A DNA stretch of 64,000 bases from positions 174,282,001 to 174,346,000 of the forward strand of contig OZ024740.1 of NCBI GenBank assembly GCA_964016885.1. The letters run 5' to 3'. The first letter of the stretch is position 1. Each line of letters opens with the position of its first letter. The stretch comes from Eledone cirrhosa. Its lineage: Eukaryota. The position numbers and the translations under genes are program-made. The notes beneath the pieces are model-generated. The model was not told the origin of the DNA. It saw only the letters and a list, made by a program, of their open reading frames with translations, and searched no databases. Shown piece after piece: positions 36,054 through 48,852 of the stretch.

Positions 36054-36055
<2 letters not shown>
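36026..36055 (+). mobile_element. Helitron 3' terminus
   Basis: Subterminal hairpin cccgagcaacgccggg, then 8 nt, then CTAG|T; 5' end not located. Confidence 0.65.
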
Positions 36056-36095
<40 letters not shown>

Positions 36096-36174
36096 ATTGA
36101 GTACCTTACTTACTGTGGTTACCTCCGATTCAACCCGGAATAACGTATATATATATATACTGTATGTATATGTA

Positions 36175-36752
36175 TAGGGCGGAAGAACTCATAAGAGTCA
36201 ACGGCCATCCAAAAGTGTGTAAATATGTATATATACATGTACATATGTATGTATATGTATATGTGTGTATACATGGGTGCATATGTATGTATATGCGCGG
36301 AGACATAGAAATAGTCGGGCTGGACACCCGATCGTGCGGTTAAACCACTGGGAGTGAGGGATCCCTAGCTTTTGTCAGGGCATTCTTCTAGGAGAAGGAA
36401 ACTCAGGAAAGTGGGAAAACTCCGATATAAAACCTGCGGCTCAGTAGTTACTGATGATATTGATCTTTTCTTCTTTTCGAGTTATAAGCTACTGTCGCTC
36501 AGAGAGTGGGATTTGCTCAGTGCACAGTCTTTCCTCACTTTAAAAAATATCTTCACGCACAGGCATTGCACGATAGAATTAATTAATTGTTTCTACGTTA
36601 GGCACAAGGCCAGCAATTACGCAGAGCATTACTGGTACTTTATTTTATAGAATTAATTAATTATTATTAATAATGGTATATCGTGCAATGGCCAAACTCG
36701 AAAACGAGAGGCAGCCAACATGTATGTATGTATGTATGTATGTACATATGTA
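36175..36752 (+). mobile_element. non-autonomous bipartite RTE derivative (5' UTR joined to 3' end)
   Basis: 5' part homologous to the RTE 5' UTR at ~51070-51300 (minus); 3' part GCAATGGCCAAACTCGAAAACGAGAGGCAGCC(ATGT)n matches 1918-1963. Confidence 0.75.
36589..36646 (-). mobile_element. short SINE 3' fragment
   Basis: SINE tail; TSD atagaattaattaatt at ~36573-36588 and ~36647-36662. Confidence 0.85.
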
Positions 36753-36754
36753 TG

Positions 36755-39700
36755 TTCTTCTGGTTTTATAATTTCACAAAGTTTTAAAATAGAGAGAGAG
36801 AGTCGGTTTCTAACATAGACACAAGACTCTCTCATTGGAATTTACACATCAACTAGGTAGATATGTCTGCATGTATGTGTAGATATGGATGTTATTGTAT
36901 GTGTGGATGTGTATGTTTTGAGTTGTATGTGTGCATGTGTATATGCTTTGTATCTGTACATGTGTATATGCAGTTATTAGATGCAACATTTTTGGAATGT
37001 ATTACATATTTTTACTGTTCCATTAATGGATTGTACTTGTAGTTTCCTAACTTGTGTTCTTTCTGTTCCTGTGAAGCCTAGCTTCTCAAGATTTGTATTG
37101 AGGCAGTTACTAACATATCCCAGTGCCCCAATAATCACAGGCATAAATCTGAAGGTGTAATCAGGGTGGTGTATCTGCAGATTTCTCATCAGTTCTGCAT
37201 AAATATTCTCCTTTTCACTAATCTTTGATATTATGTTGGCATCTGCTGGGCAGCTAATTTCCACTACTGTGCATGTTTTCTTCTCCCTGTCCCATATCAT
37301 AATATCTGGTATGTTATGCCTGCATTTTATTGGGGTTTTTACCGGAACATTCAACCAGCACTCTTTCATATTATGTACATGGATGTCTTCCACATAGTTG
37401 TAGCTTTTAATGTGTTTATTATCGGGGCTATATTTTTTACGAACTGTATTGTACAGTGTTTTGGCCACTACATCATGCCTCATAGGTAGATAGTACCGTG
37501 ATGACATCTTTGGACAGCTGCTGATGACATGGGTGATATCCTCGATGTTAGTTCTGCAGAGTCTGCACTTGTTATCACATCTAGGTGTTTTGCCTGCATC
37601 CCTATCTCTTTTGTGAATCAGGTATTTCGTGCTAATCTCCTGTTCTTGGATTGCAAAAGCGTATCCTTCAAAGTGGGAGTCAATATAGCGGTTGTTGGTC
37701 CAAAATAGACTACTTTCCTTATCTATATTACTCTCACTCTGGAGCTTCCTGGCAACATATCCATGCATGACTTTTTGCTGATAGGCATGCTGTTTTTCAT
37801 CCATGGATTCACTGCGATACTGCTGAGCGACATCCCTGGGTGTGAGTTTTTGATTATCACACAGGGAATATCTCTCAAGGAGTTCCTTCCCAACTCTCAT
37901 GATCTTATCTGTTTCATGCAGATAGACTTGCTCGAGAAGCGGGCTCATACGCTTCGAGGTTCGTAGATGTTGTCGGAGAGATATGATGCGACATTCAAAT
38001 GTTGTCTGGACTGATATTCGGCCTCTGCCTCCCTGCTTACGTTTCAAGTAAAGGCGGTCTATGTCACTGTTGATGTGGAAGTTTCCAGTGTTGTTCAGTA
38101 TTTTTCGAGTTCCAACATCAACTGCTCGGATTTCGTCTATCGTCCAATTGAGTATTCCAAACGTTGGTGTTAGGACAGGCACAGCAAACACATTGTGAGC
38201 CACTGTTTTGTTTTGCGCAGAGAGTTCCGATGTCCAGATCTTTCTTAATCGGGTGTAGTATTCCCTCGTTACGCGTTCTTTATTACAGATACCATTATAG
38301 GATATGTTCTCATCTATCCCCAGATATCTGTAGCAGTCCTCATCAGATATCGGTGAAACAGTTAGACAATTGATGACAATGTATGAGCATTTATCTTGGC
38401 CAAACTCCATTCCTATATCCTTTGAGAACGTTGTAACCAGGTCAAGATTTTTCTTCATCCCATCCATGTTCTTGGCATAGAGTTTCAGATCGTCCACAAA
38501 GAAGTTATGGGTTAGGTTCGTATTTCTGTCCTCCTCTGAGCCAATGATGTATCCTTCACATTTCTTGAGCAGAAAGGACAAGGGGTTTAATGACAGAATG
38601 AATAATATCACAGAGAGACTGTCCCCCTGAAATATACCCCTGCAATATTTTATTTTATCAGTGAAAATAGAGTCCTCCTTCTCTGTCTTTAACCTTAGGA
38701 TAGTAGCGCAAGAAGAAGACAGCCTCTCTATGGCTCTGCCAATAATGTCTGGGACTTTAGCAAGTTGGAGGGCCTCTATCATCCAAGAGTGGGGAACAGA
38801 ATCGAAAGCTTTCTTGTAGTCCAGCCAGACTGTAGTCATATTCCTCCTAAGTTGTCGCACCTCCGACATCGCAGTTTTGTTGATTAGGAGTTGTTCAGCA
38901 CATCCCCAAACCCTTTTCTTTCCAGCTGCTTGTTCATCTGTGATGATCTTATTATTTTCACAGTGATCTTGGAGTAATAGGTTCAGGCAGGCTGTATACA
39001 TCTTATACATCAGGTTCTGGCATGCAATGGGTCGGTAGTTTTTTTGCCAAGTGGGTGTCTTTGTTCTTGGGGACCAGTAATGTTTGTGCTAATGTTAACT
39101 ATTCTGGTATAAGTGAATCTCCCTTAAGAACCTGTTGGTAGAGGTCGGTAAGAAACCTACGATAGAATATCAGTGTTTTGTACCAGTAGCCGACAATCAT
39201 GTCTCTTCCTGGTGTTTTCTTATCTTGGAGTTTTCCTATCACAGTCTCAAGGGTACCCTCACTTATTTCGTATGTTTTTGTTGTAGTGTAGGAGCAATAG
39301 TTCTTTCGGATTTCTCTTAGCCACACTGCATCTTGGTTGAAATTCTTCTTTTCCCCCCATATTTTGCTCCAAAAGGAATCTATGTCTTTCTGGGATGGGG
39401 CCTCAGTGACACTTATTATTTTGCCCTTCATATCTCTATAGACTGATGTTTGGTTTCGTCTGAATCTTTTATTAAGCATTTTTCTCTCATCTACCTTCTT
39501 CAGGTATCGGCGTTTTTCGCTAACAGCTCTCAATTCTTGTTTGAGGGTGATCAGCTTATATTGGAGAGTTTTGGTTCTACTGTTACCAAACATCGTCTCT
39601 ATTTTATTTTTCACTCTTTGTTGATGAGGAGTGAGGTTTTTTTTGTGTTTGTTTGCATGTAAGGAGCATTGTCACATGTCCTATGTTTTTTCGTAGGTCA

Positions 39701-40820
39701 GCACGCTTTTTTTCTATTTTAGTTATATATGATGGTATTTTTGGTGGTGTTTCGTTCTTGTTAATATCTCTGCTATCACCAAGATAATGCTTCACTGTCA
39801 TTGCTAAGGCATATAAACAGACGTTGATTTGCCAAAATGTTGGGGTTTTTATCCGTCGTAAATATTCATCCCCTATTTCGTCAATAACACGTAGTATTTC
39901 ATTATTTGGTTTTTTATTCGCCATTGTCATTTTAACACGTTCAGCCAGAGAGATGTTAATTTCTCTCTGGAAGATTTCGTTGAGGGAAATTTTCAATTGT
40001 TTATACTTTTGATTATCATTATCGATAGTATTTTCCACAACAGTCGAGGTAGACTCGGATGGTACACGTGGTGTCACATTTATTCGATTATTATTATTAT
40101 TTCTTCGATTATTATTATTATCGATAGTGTTTTCCCCAGCATTCGAGGTAGACTTAGATGGTACAGGTGGTGTCAAGTTTCTTACAGGCATAGTTGTTTC
40201 AAGGCGCTGTTCGACCTGGCTGCTAGGAAGTCTAGTAGCATGGAGATCTGTAGCACGTGTTGTTGATTCCATGTTTGTTGTGGGGGACTTACAATTAATA
40301 ATAGTTATCTTATTTTTACGTTCAACAAACGTCGCTTGTTGGCGTAATTGTTTCGCTGTGAAATAATTTAGCTCTGGGTGCATTTCGTCCCAGTGTAGCT
40401 TCATTCTATTCATATAGCCAATGGAGAGATTGTTTTTTGCCATTTTATAACAATTAAATAAATCTTTATTAAGTTCGCAACTCCAAGAGAAATGCGATTT
40501 ATAATTTCGGTTTCTTCTGTAGCTACAACTGAATAAAGTTTGATTACCTTCTTTGTTATTTGTCTTCTATACTTCCTTAATTTTTTTGTTGATGTTGTGT
40601 TCAGCCATGCTGTTTGTAGCAAATCCTTGTAAAATGAATTATGTATTTAGTCGGATATCTCTACGAATTCGAATAAAAGGTGTCTTCAGAAGATATAGTT
40701 AGAAGAATAACCAGTTATTCAACCTGGCTGTAGTTGTGGCATTACTGTCGGAGATAGTATTCATCTTAAATTTAATAAATAGTCTCCCACGCCAAAATAT
40801 GCGACTGATCGCGTTGACTG
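36755..40820 (-). mobile_element. R4-clade LINE, full length, flanked by (CATA)n
   Basis: 677-aa RT-CCHC-RLE ORF at 36977-39010 (FFVDDLKL, CRLC..HVISSC, NIPDIMI..VEISCP); upstream fragments to ~40620; (TATG)n at 36720-36754 and 40821-40900. Confidence 0.92.
36977..40622 (-). pseudogene. R4 RT-RLE polyprotein with N-terminal frameshifts
   Basis: Collinear pieces 40410-40622, 39604-40443, 39099-39614, 36977-39010. Confidence 0.88.
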
Positions 40821-41073
40821 ATGTATGTATGTATGTATGTATGTATGTATGTATGTATGTATGTATGTATGTATGTATGTATGTATGTATGTATGTATGT
40901 AGTAGTCTCGCTGCTGGAATATGGCAAGTGAGAAAAAAGCTTCAAGGAAACCAGATTTTGTTTGCAATTTAATACCGAAATTCCGTTTGGAAAGCAAACA
41001 AGGTTGAGAGCTCCTATAGACATTGACTGTTTTGGGGAGGTATTTAAAGCGATGCAGTGGCAGTGGATCTTGG

Positions 41074-41119
<46 letters not shown>

Positions 41120-41201
41120 CTGATTTAGAGCACTCAACAGTGATTGGAGTAATTATTCAATGATATTAAATAAATGGAAATTATATTTATAAAACGATAT
41201 T

Positions 41202-41265
41202 TATTTTATTATATATATTTCTAGGGTACCAATACAACATTGGTACGTTTTCATCAGATAAAATA
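41202..41265 (-). ncRNA. minimal hammerhead motif, left arm; base of stem II decayed
   Basis: UAUUUUAU-CUGAUGA-..GUACCAAU/AUUGGUAC..-GAAA-UAUAUA-UA-AUAAAAUA. Confidence 0.68.
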
Positions 41266-41452
41266 CAAAGTTTGTTTTATAAATCATTCCTTATCGGTTG
41301 GAAATTCACTGGATAGTGGAAATATATTAGGGATTATTCAAACTTATGAGTGAATATGTAAATGAATATGTAGATAATTGAAAAACAACCGTTTATTTAA
41401 ACGACACTGGAGAAAGAGAGAGAGAAGATATAAGAGGAGAAAGATCAAAATA

Positions 41453-41524
<72 letters not shown>

Positions 41525-42637
41525 AAATAAACAAGAGAGGATGAATAAAACTCATATAACGTTAATTTTGGGGAAATATATTCTAAGTATATATCTTAAT
41601 AGTACGTGTATTTACGATTATTAGTTGTTTAAAATTCATTTATAATATATGTTCTGTTATAAGTAGATAAATAAATAAATAAATAAATAAATAGATAAAT
41701 GAATAAATAGATGGGTATATCATGTTATAGATAATTGTTTTAATGAGTTATGAGGGATATTGGTTTTCTATTTAATGTAAGTAAATATGAAGTTAAATTA
41801 AATTAAATTAACTGAGTTAATAGAATATTTATATTTATATATTTTAAAATGGGAAGATACGGAAAAACTCCAGTTTAATTTATTTATTCGTTAGTATGAG
41901 ACTATTTAGTCAAAATAAGTATAAATGTTGAAAGATATATTTAGCTAGAACCAGTTAGTGGTTATAAATCTAATAAAAAATATTGAAAAAAATTAAAAAT
42001 TTGAAAAAAATTTTTGAAAAATAATTTATAAGAGATAAGTAATTGATAAAAGAAATAAAAATTAAATAAATAAAAATAAAGAATTAAAAATTATTAAGAT
42101 TAAAATTAGAATTAAAATTAAAATTAAAATTAAAATTAAAATTAAAATTAAAATTAAAATTAAAATTTAAAAAAAATTAGAATTATATATGTATATATTT
42201 TATGAAACTTTAAGAAGTGGAATTATAGCAAATGTTATAGATATTATGATTTAGAGATATCAATATATTAAAACCAAGTGGATAAGATTGTTATGGAAAT
42301 AAGTAGAAATATTATAAGTATAATTATAATTTATATATAGTTCTGAATGCTGAATTCAGGCGATGTCTACAAGAATTAAATAAATTCGTTCTTAGATTAA
42401 TAAAGTTCTTACATTTAAGTATGAAAAAAATTTCCTCAACACACAATTTGCAGAATGTAGATAAAGCTGTATTTCAGTACGCGGGTGCTTATGAAACTAT
42501 TTCCCAAGTTAATGAATAGTCCATATTCTTGCATATTAAGTTCCATATCAGGTTTGAAAGAGAAGCTGAAGATTTTTTATCAAATCTTCGTAAAGAACAA
42601 TTGTGATTATTCCAGCGACTTTTAAATTCTGTACAAT

Positions 42638-42680
<43 letters not shown>

Positions 42681-43051
42681 TTCATCTACTTATAACAGAA
42701 AATATTATATTATAAATGAATTTTAAACAACTAATAATCGTAAATACACGTACTATTAAGATATATATAGAATATATTTCCCCCAAATTAACGTTATATG
42801 AGTTTTATTCATCCTCTCTTGTTTATTTCTTCTCTCTCTCGTACTATTTTGATCTTTCTCCCCTTATATCTTCTCTCTCTCTTTCTCCAGTGTCGTTTAA
42901 ATAAACGGTTGTTTTTCAATTATTTACATATTCATTTGCATATTCACACATAAGTTTGAATAATCCCTAATATATTTCCACTATCCAGTGAATTTCCAAC
43001 CGATAAGGTATGATTTCCATGGGTATGTCTCTATTTATAAAACAAACTTTG

Positions 43052-43117
43052 TATTTTATCTGATGAAAGCGTACCAATGTTGTCTTGGTACCCTAGAAAT
43101 ATATATATAATAAAATA
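43052..43117 (+). ncRNA. minimal hammerhead motif, right arm; base of stem II decayed
   Basis: tattttat-CTGATGA-aagcGTACCAA..TTGGTACccta-GAAA-(TA)n-ataaaata. Confidence 0.68.
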
Positions 43118-43157
43118 AATATAGTTTTATAAATATAGTTTCCATTTATTTAATATT

Positions 43158-43238
<81 letters not shown>

Positions 43239-43801
43239 ATGTGTGTGTAATATAATATGATATAGTATAATATAAGAATATATATGCGTATGTATATATG
43301 TATATATACATAATAGAAGTATATATGAAGGTATATATATGTTCATGTATAATAAACATGCAAGGGTTACGCGATGAATATCTAAAGCTGTGGTCATGTC
43401 AGAGCTATCTCAGTAGCCATATGAGAATGCCAGACACGTTTTTCTGATATGGTCACGACTGGAATGTTTCTGCTCATAGGTCTACTCGTTAAGAACTGAC
43501 TTTTGTCTAAACTACAACATCAACAACAAAACACTTTTCATTTATATCGTGCGTCATTTTTGATGTAATGTTTACAATTGTATATATTACAATGGTAGCG
43601 TGCATGACTGGAAATTACGTTCGACCTATTGTCCCTTATGTTAGTAGTTTGTAAAGCTAGTGACTCAGACAACAGTGTCCTGTGTGTTAATATCAGTGTT
43701 ACATTTCCAGTAATCTATAGTGATAACTAAATCAAGCAGGTTGTTACTGACCCAGGGAAGATAACACTCCAGATTGTTTTAGAAAATAAACAGTTCAAGC
43801 A

Positions 43802-43843
43802 CTACTACTGCTACTACTGCTACTACTACTACTACTAGTGCTG

Positions 43844-43905
<62 letters not shown>

Positions 43906-43925
43906 GCTACTGCTACTACTACTAC
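43802..43925. repeat. (CTA)n microsatellite
   Basis: Seen directly. Confidence 0.95.
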
Positions 43926-43943
43926 AGAAATAATAATAATAAT

Positions 43944-43997
43944 TGTTTCTACTTTAGGCACAAGGCCAGCAATTACCCAGTGCATTACTGGTACTTT
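43944..43997 (-). mobile_element. SINE 3' fragment within (AAT)n
   Basis: Matches the 3' ~55 nt of the SINE at 33107-33292. Confidence 0.88.
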
Positions 43998-44154
43998 AAT
44001 AATAATAATAATAATAATAATAATTAACTGTATTAACTGGCTTACCAATACACTGTGAATTTATTTGCCCCAGGTGTCAGGAAGACACTCGGCATATATC
44101 TCAGAAACAATAATGAAAGAAAATAAAAATAATAATAATAATAATAATAATAAC

Positions 44155-44236
44155 GATTTCTAGTATAGGCACAAGGACAGTAATTTGGGGGGAGGGGAAA
44201 GTCGATTAAATCTACCCCAGTACGTTACTGGTACTT
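44155..44236 (-). mobile_element. related SINE 3' fragment within (AAT)n
   Basis: AAGTACCAG..CTGGGG..CCTTGTGCCTATACTAGAAATCG tail. Confidence 0.75.
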
Positions 44237-44256
44237 AATAATAATAGTTATAATAA

Positions 44257-45807
44257 CTTCATTATTGGCCACAAGAGTCAAAACAGAGGACAATACAAAA
44301 AACAACAAGACAGTGGGGATTTACAAAAAGAAAAAAACGTAAAAATAGATAACAGATAGCAATAAAAATTCTCCAATAGGGGGAGTAGCACTCAGAGGTA
44401 ACTTAAGTAAACCACCCTGTCTCTAAGAGCAGTATAGGAAGGTGCCCCTCTCTTCTTGAATCTCTCCAGCCTACATGCACATGGTCAGAGTAGGTCCATT
44501 CATTCGGGGCATTCTCGCCACATTCACCAACCTTTTAACAAATGTAGTGGGTAGAAGCACTTACCTCTTCACACTCACCTTCCTTGCCACTTCAACTCTG
44601 GCAACCACAATCTCTTTCGCTAAACCACCAGACAGAGGAAAGCTGCCTTCCCCTTCCAACCAAAAGAAGGTGGCGGGGCGATCTTCTCGATGGACTTGGT
44701 CAATGGCCGGATCCGTCATAATCGCAATAATAGCTGTTCGACAAAAACTTCACAAGTCAGTAATGCACGGACACTGGACGAGTGCGTGCAAAACGGTTTC
44801 GTTGTTCTGCGTGCATCTCGGACAGGACCGTCTGACAATACTTCAAGTTGTTAGCGTCTGATAGGGGAGACGCAGGCATGTGCCATTCTGAAGAGATCCA
44901 TCAACTACAAACTCCACCTTATGCGATACATCATAAAAAGGGTAGCTAAAGAACCTGTCAGATGTGAGACACTAATCAACTTGAATCAATCGACATTTTT
45001 CAACAGGGTCGACCATCGATACCTGGACGCGGTCCCGTCTTCAAAGGCTGAATCGTTGCAAGGTACAGCGACATATGCTTCCAACGACATCTGCTGTCAA
45101 AGCCAACGGCAATCTATCGGAGCCGTTATAAGTCACACGATCGGTCCGTGAAGGATGCCCTTTCTCCTCCCTTCTGAATATGTAGAATCTCGAGCCATTA
45201 CTGATGAGGCTGGAGCTGTTGTAGGGTATACCGCTCGAAACGGGATGTGGAGGGCTGCATCGGCATATACGGAAATCGAGGACCAGTCCTGAAGACGAAC
45301 ATGGTACGGGATGTTTTTGAGTTCGTCTGGTTGATTTGGAGAAGAATCTCCAAATCCATCTCAGACGAACCTCCTCTTGGCATTTTTCTTACGCTGTTCT
45401 TGTTGGTGTTGTTGTTGCAGTTGTTATTGGTGTTGTCATTATTACCGTTGTTGTTGTTTGCGATACTGCCTAAAGTGGTGGTACTTTTCATAATGGTGGT
45501 GGTGGTGGTGGTGGGGGAGGGGTGTTACTCCGCTGAACGTTTGAGCCGCTGTCACGTGACCGCTGGCGTAACGAGCGGGGGCGTATTCCGTCCATATTTT
45601 TAAACGAAACATTATTTGTAAAAATAAATTGAAGTTCAAATATTTGGGCTTAGGGCCCAGATAGTATGGTTCGCCTTTCCACAGAGCAGAGACGGGTGTC
45701 TTATGACCCCTTTGTAACAAAATATTACAACCAAATACAAATTTAAACAGCTTAATTCAATAAACCTATCGGAGCACAGAATCGCACGTCTTCACACTTT
45801 AGTCGCC
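44257..45807 (-). mobile_element. miniaturised, rearranged Tx1 derivative with an internal inversion
   Basis: 3' UTR and CCHC pieces (minus), RT piece on plus at ~44860-45260, ORF1 scraps and 5' UTR ending in gtcgcc as in copy 2; AAT flanks. Confidence 0.82.
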
Positions 45808-45869
45808 AATAATAATAATAAAAATAGTAGAAATAATAATTATTTCTTTATTTAATAATTATTAATAAC

Positions 45870-45981
45870 TGTTTCTACTTTTGGCACAAGGCCAGCTATG
45901 ACACCAGTGTATTACTGGTACTTTATTTTATCTACCCCGTAAGGATGAAAGGCAAAGTCAACCTCGGCGGGATTTGAACTC
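45870..45981 (-). mobile_element. 5'-truncated SINE
   Basis: B box, core and tail of the same family. Confidence 0.88.
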
Positions 45982-46067
45982 ATTAATAATGATAATTCTT
46001 TCTCCTATTGGCTCAGTACATAACATCAACAATGATAATAAAAGCAGCCGCAGCAGAAGAAGAAGAA

Positions 46068-46094
46068 GTATTAGTAGTAGTAGTAGTGGTAGTG

Positions 46095-46154
<60 letters not shown>

Positions 46155-46355
46155 TGCCGGTTTTGCAGTAAAATCAACAGCAGCAATCACGATGATCAAC
46201 ATGAGATAGAAAACTCGACAACAGCAGCAGCAGCAATAGCGATAAAAGCAGCAGCAGCAGTAGCAGTAGCAACAGTTGCAACCAATACAGAACGCTAGTG
46301 CAGCTGCAATATCAGCAGCAAGATAATCCACAGCAGCAGTAGCAATAGCAGCAGC
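46068..46355. repeat. (GTA)n and degenerate (GCA)n microsatellites
   Basis: Seen directly. Confidence 0.9.
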
Positions 46356-47590
46356 GTTTCCATTTGTTGATGTCAGTTAGTGATGGTCATTTAAAACTAC
46401 CTCAAGTCGATTTACAAAACAAAGTCACCTTGACTAGAATGGGAAACCACTTCCTATCCTCTCCTACTTCAAGAACAAACGTCTATCACTATTCCACCCA
46501 CCCCTTTACATACATAATCGTACCATCCACAGACATATATCCAACGCAGTCAGCTATCCAGGTATAAATGGAAATTGTCCACTGCATTTAAAACTGAATT
46601 GTTTTATATATTTTTGGTGGGAGTGATAAATATTCGCTCATTTCCGATTCGTTTTGATTTTGTCTGGCGTTTGTATAGTGCTTGTGATTTTGTCTGAGGT
46701 CATTAGTACTTGAATATATAACGAAGTAGCGTTTAGAAAAAAAATGATATGATGGAAAACAGCGAGAAAATTGGCAGAATAAATGACAAATTAGTTGATA
46801 AGAAACAGCGTAAAGAAAACAGAAATGGTTGTTTTTGAAATCTTAGTCAGATTAATTGTTTTAATTTTTTATTTCAAATCTCATAAAAATGTATATAAAT
46901 GAGAGAGAGAGGGAGAGAGCGGGGAGGGAGAGAGCGGGGAGGGAGAGAGAGAGAGAAAAGAAGCAAAATTAGATAGGAAGAAAGGCAATATATATTTTTA
47001 AAAATAGGAGGAAATATGAGTACTGCTGTGTCCTGATCTTGCCAGGTAGGTAAGCAGAAGTGGGCGTAAAATAGGTAATGTTAAAAGAGTGGGAAAATAG
47101 GGTTATCTTTTGAGAAATACGTATACATCAGGTTAATAGATCGATCGATAGATTGATCGATTGATTGAATGAACTGAATTTATTTATTGATTGAAAGTGG
47201 AAATTGAGAGAATATTTGGAATCAAAATTATTTAACGAAATTGAAATTAGTTAAGAAGAAATCTAAAGACACTGGGAATGAGAGATAGATAAATAGATAA
47301 ATAGATAGATAGAGACATGGATGGATAGATAGATATATAGATAGACAGACAGATAACAGGTATATAAATATATATATTTATATATATATATATATATATA
47401 TGGTTTTTCAAATCCACATTCAATAAAAACACCAGGATTTTTTCATTCTGACGACTGAAAGCAGATTTATTTGCTTTCAAGAAACCACTGGTAAATGAAA
47501 TAATCATCTTATGTTGTTTATTACATAAATAAGCTCTGTAACTTACATAGAGCACTCTTTTTTCTTGGACTTTTCCGACGGAATTACTTC

Positions 47591-47648
<58 letters not shown>

Positions 47649-47649
<1 letters not shown>

Positions 47650-47913
47650 ACAAAGAATGTGTGGTAAGATAGCAGGTGGACCATAACGCACCAGAGTACT
47701 CGATACTTGGGGTAATTGAGTGGGTAATATGAAAAGGCTCAGGACCCCGACGGCTGAGCTCCGGCTGTTTCGACAACTAAGCTAGATCTATCGAAACGGC
47801 TTGAGCTCAGCTGTCGGGGTCTTACTGGTTCCTATTACCCACTCTACTACCTCAAGTATTGAGTACTTTGGTGCGTTATGGTCCACCTGGTTCCTTACCA
47901 CATTTCCTTCGTT
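47649..47913. repeat. fold-back element in (TA)n, ~125-bp arms, 17-nt spacer
   Basis: 47649-47773 is inverted at 47791-47913. Confidence 0.92.
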
Positions 47914-47934
47914 ATATATATATATATATATATA

Positions 47935-47980
<46 letters not shown>

Positions 47981-48392
47981 CATTGATAGATAGATAGATA
48001 CTGAGAGTCAGGTGTAGAGAGATAGAATGCAACAGAGAGATGAGAAGCAAGGTAAAAGAAGATATAGAAAGATTAGAAATGAGATGATAAATGAATATGT
48101 AAATAAAAAAGAAGTGGGCGGCGAGGGAGACGGCAAAGGTAAAAATAAAGGCTGGAACAATGTGACAGACATTTGACGTAAATGAAGAAAGAGAGAGTGT
48201 GTGAGTGAGAAATATAATAAAAATGAGAGAAAAACAGAAATGAGAGAAAAACAGAAATGAGAGAGGTTGTGGGGTAATCGAAAGAGAAGGAAAAAGAAGA
48301 TTGAAGAAAGACGAAAGAGATGTATTTCAGTCGATGTTATACAATAAAAGGTAAATAATAGGATTAAGGACATTAATATTGTGTAAATACTC

Positions 48393-48434
<42 letters not shown>

Positions 48435-48435
48435 G

Positions 48436-48550
<115 letters not shown>

Positions 48551-48689
48551 TATAGACATATATATATATATAATAAAATAACAAGAGGTTGGACTGGTGT
48601 AATTCCTTAAAGGTTTATTATACTATATTTCATCAAGGTTGACTATACGGAATGACCAGTTCTATTCAGTGGTGAACCAATAAACCTAA

Positions 48690-48733
<44 letters not shown>

Positions 48734-48783
48734 GGAAAAAATGAAACGAAATTTCATTTCTCACTCTTAGTACGGCTGTACGT

Positions 48784-48843
<60 letters not shown>

Positions 48844-48852
<9 letters not shown>

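Larger units (their letters stand above)
41159..43160. mobile_element. 2-kb fold-back with ~520-bp inverted arms, each carrying a hammerhead motif (PLE-derived)
   Basis: 41159-~41692 is inverted at ~42640-43160; (TA)n on both sides; the spacer has a weak TIVIIPA trace resembling the PLE IVIxPADKG motif. Confidence 0.85.

Noticed and set aside
40018-40175. ~99-nt-period direct repeat in the R4 N-terminal region
   Set aside because: An ordinary in-frame duplication in a variable linker; not CRISPR-like.
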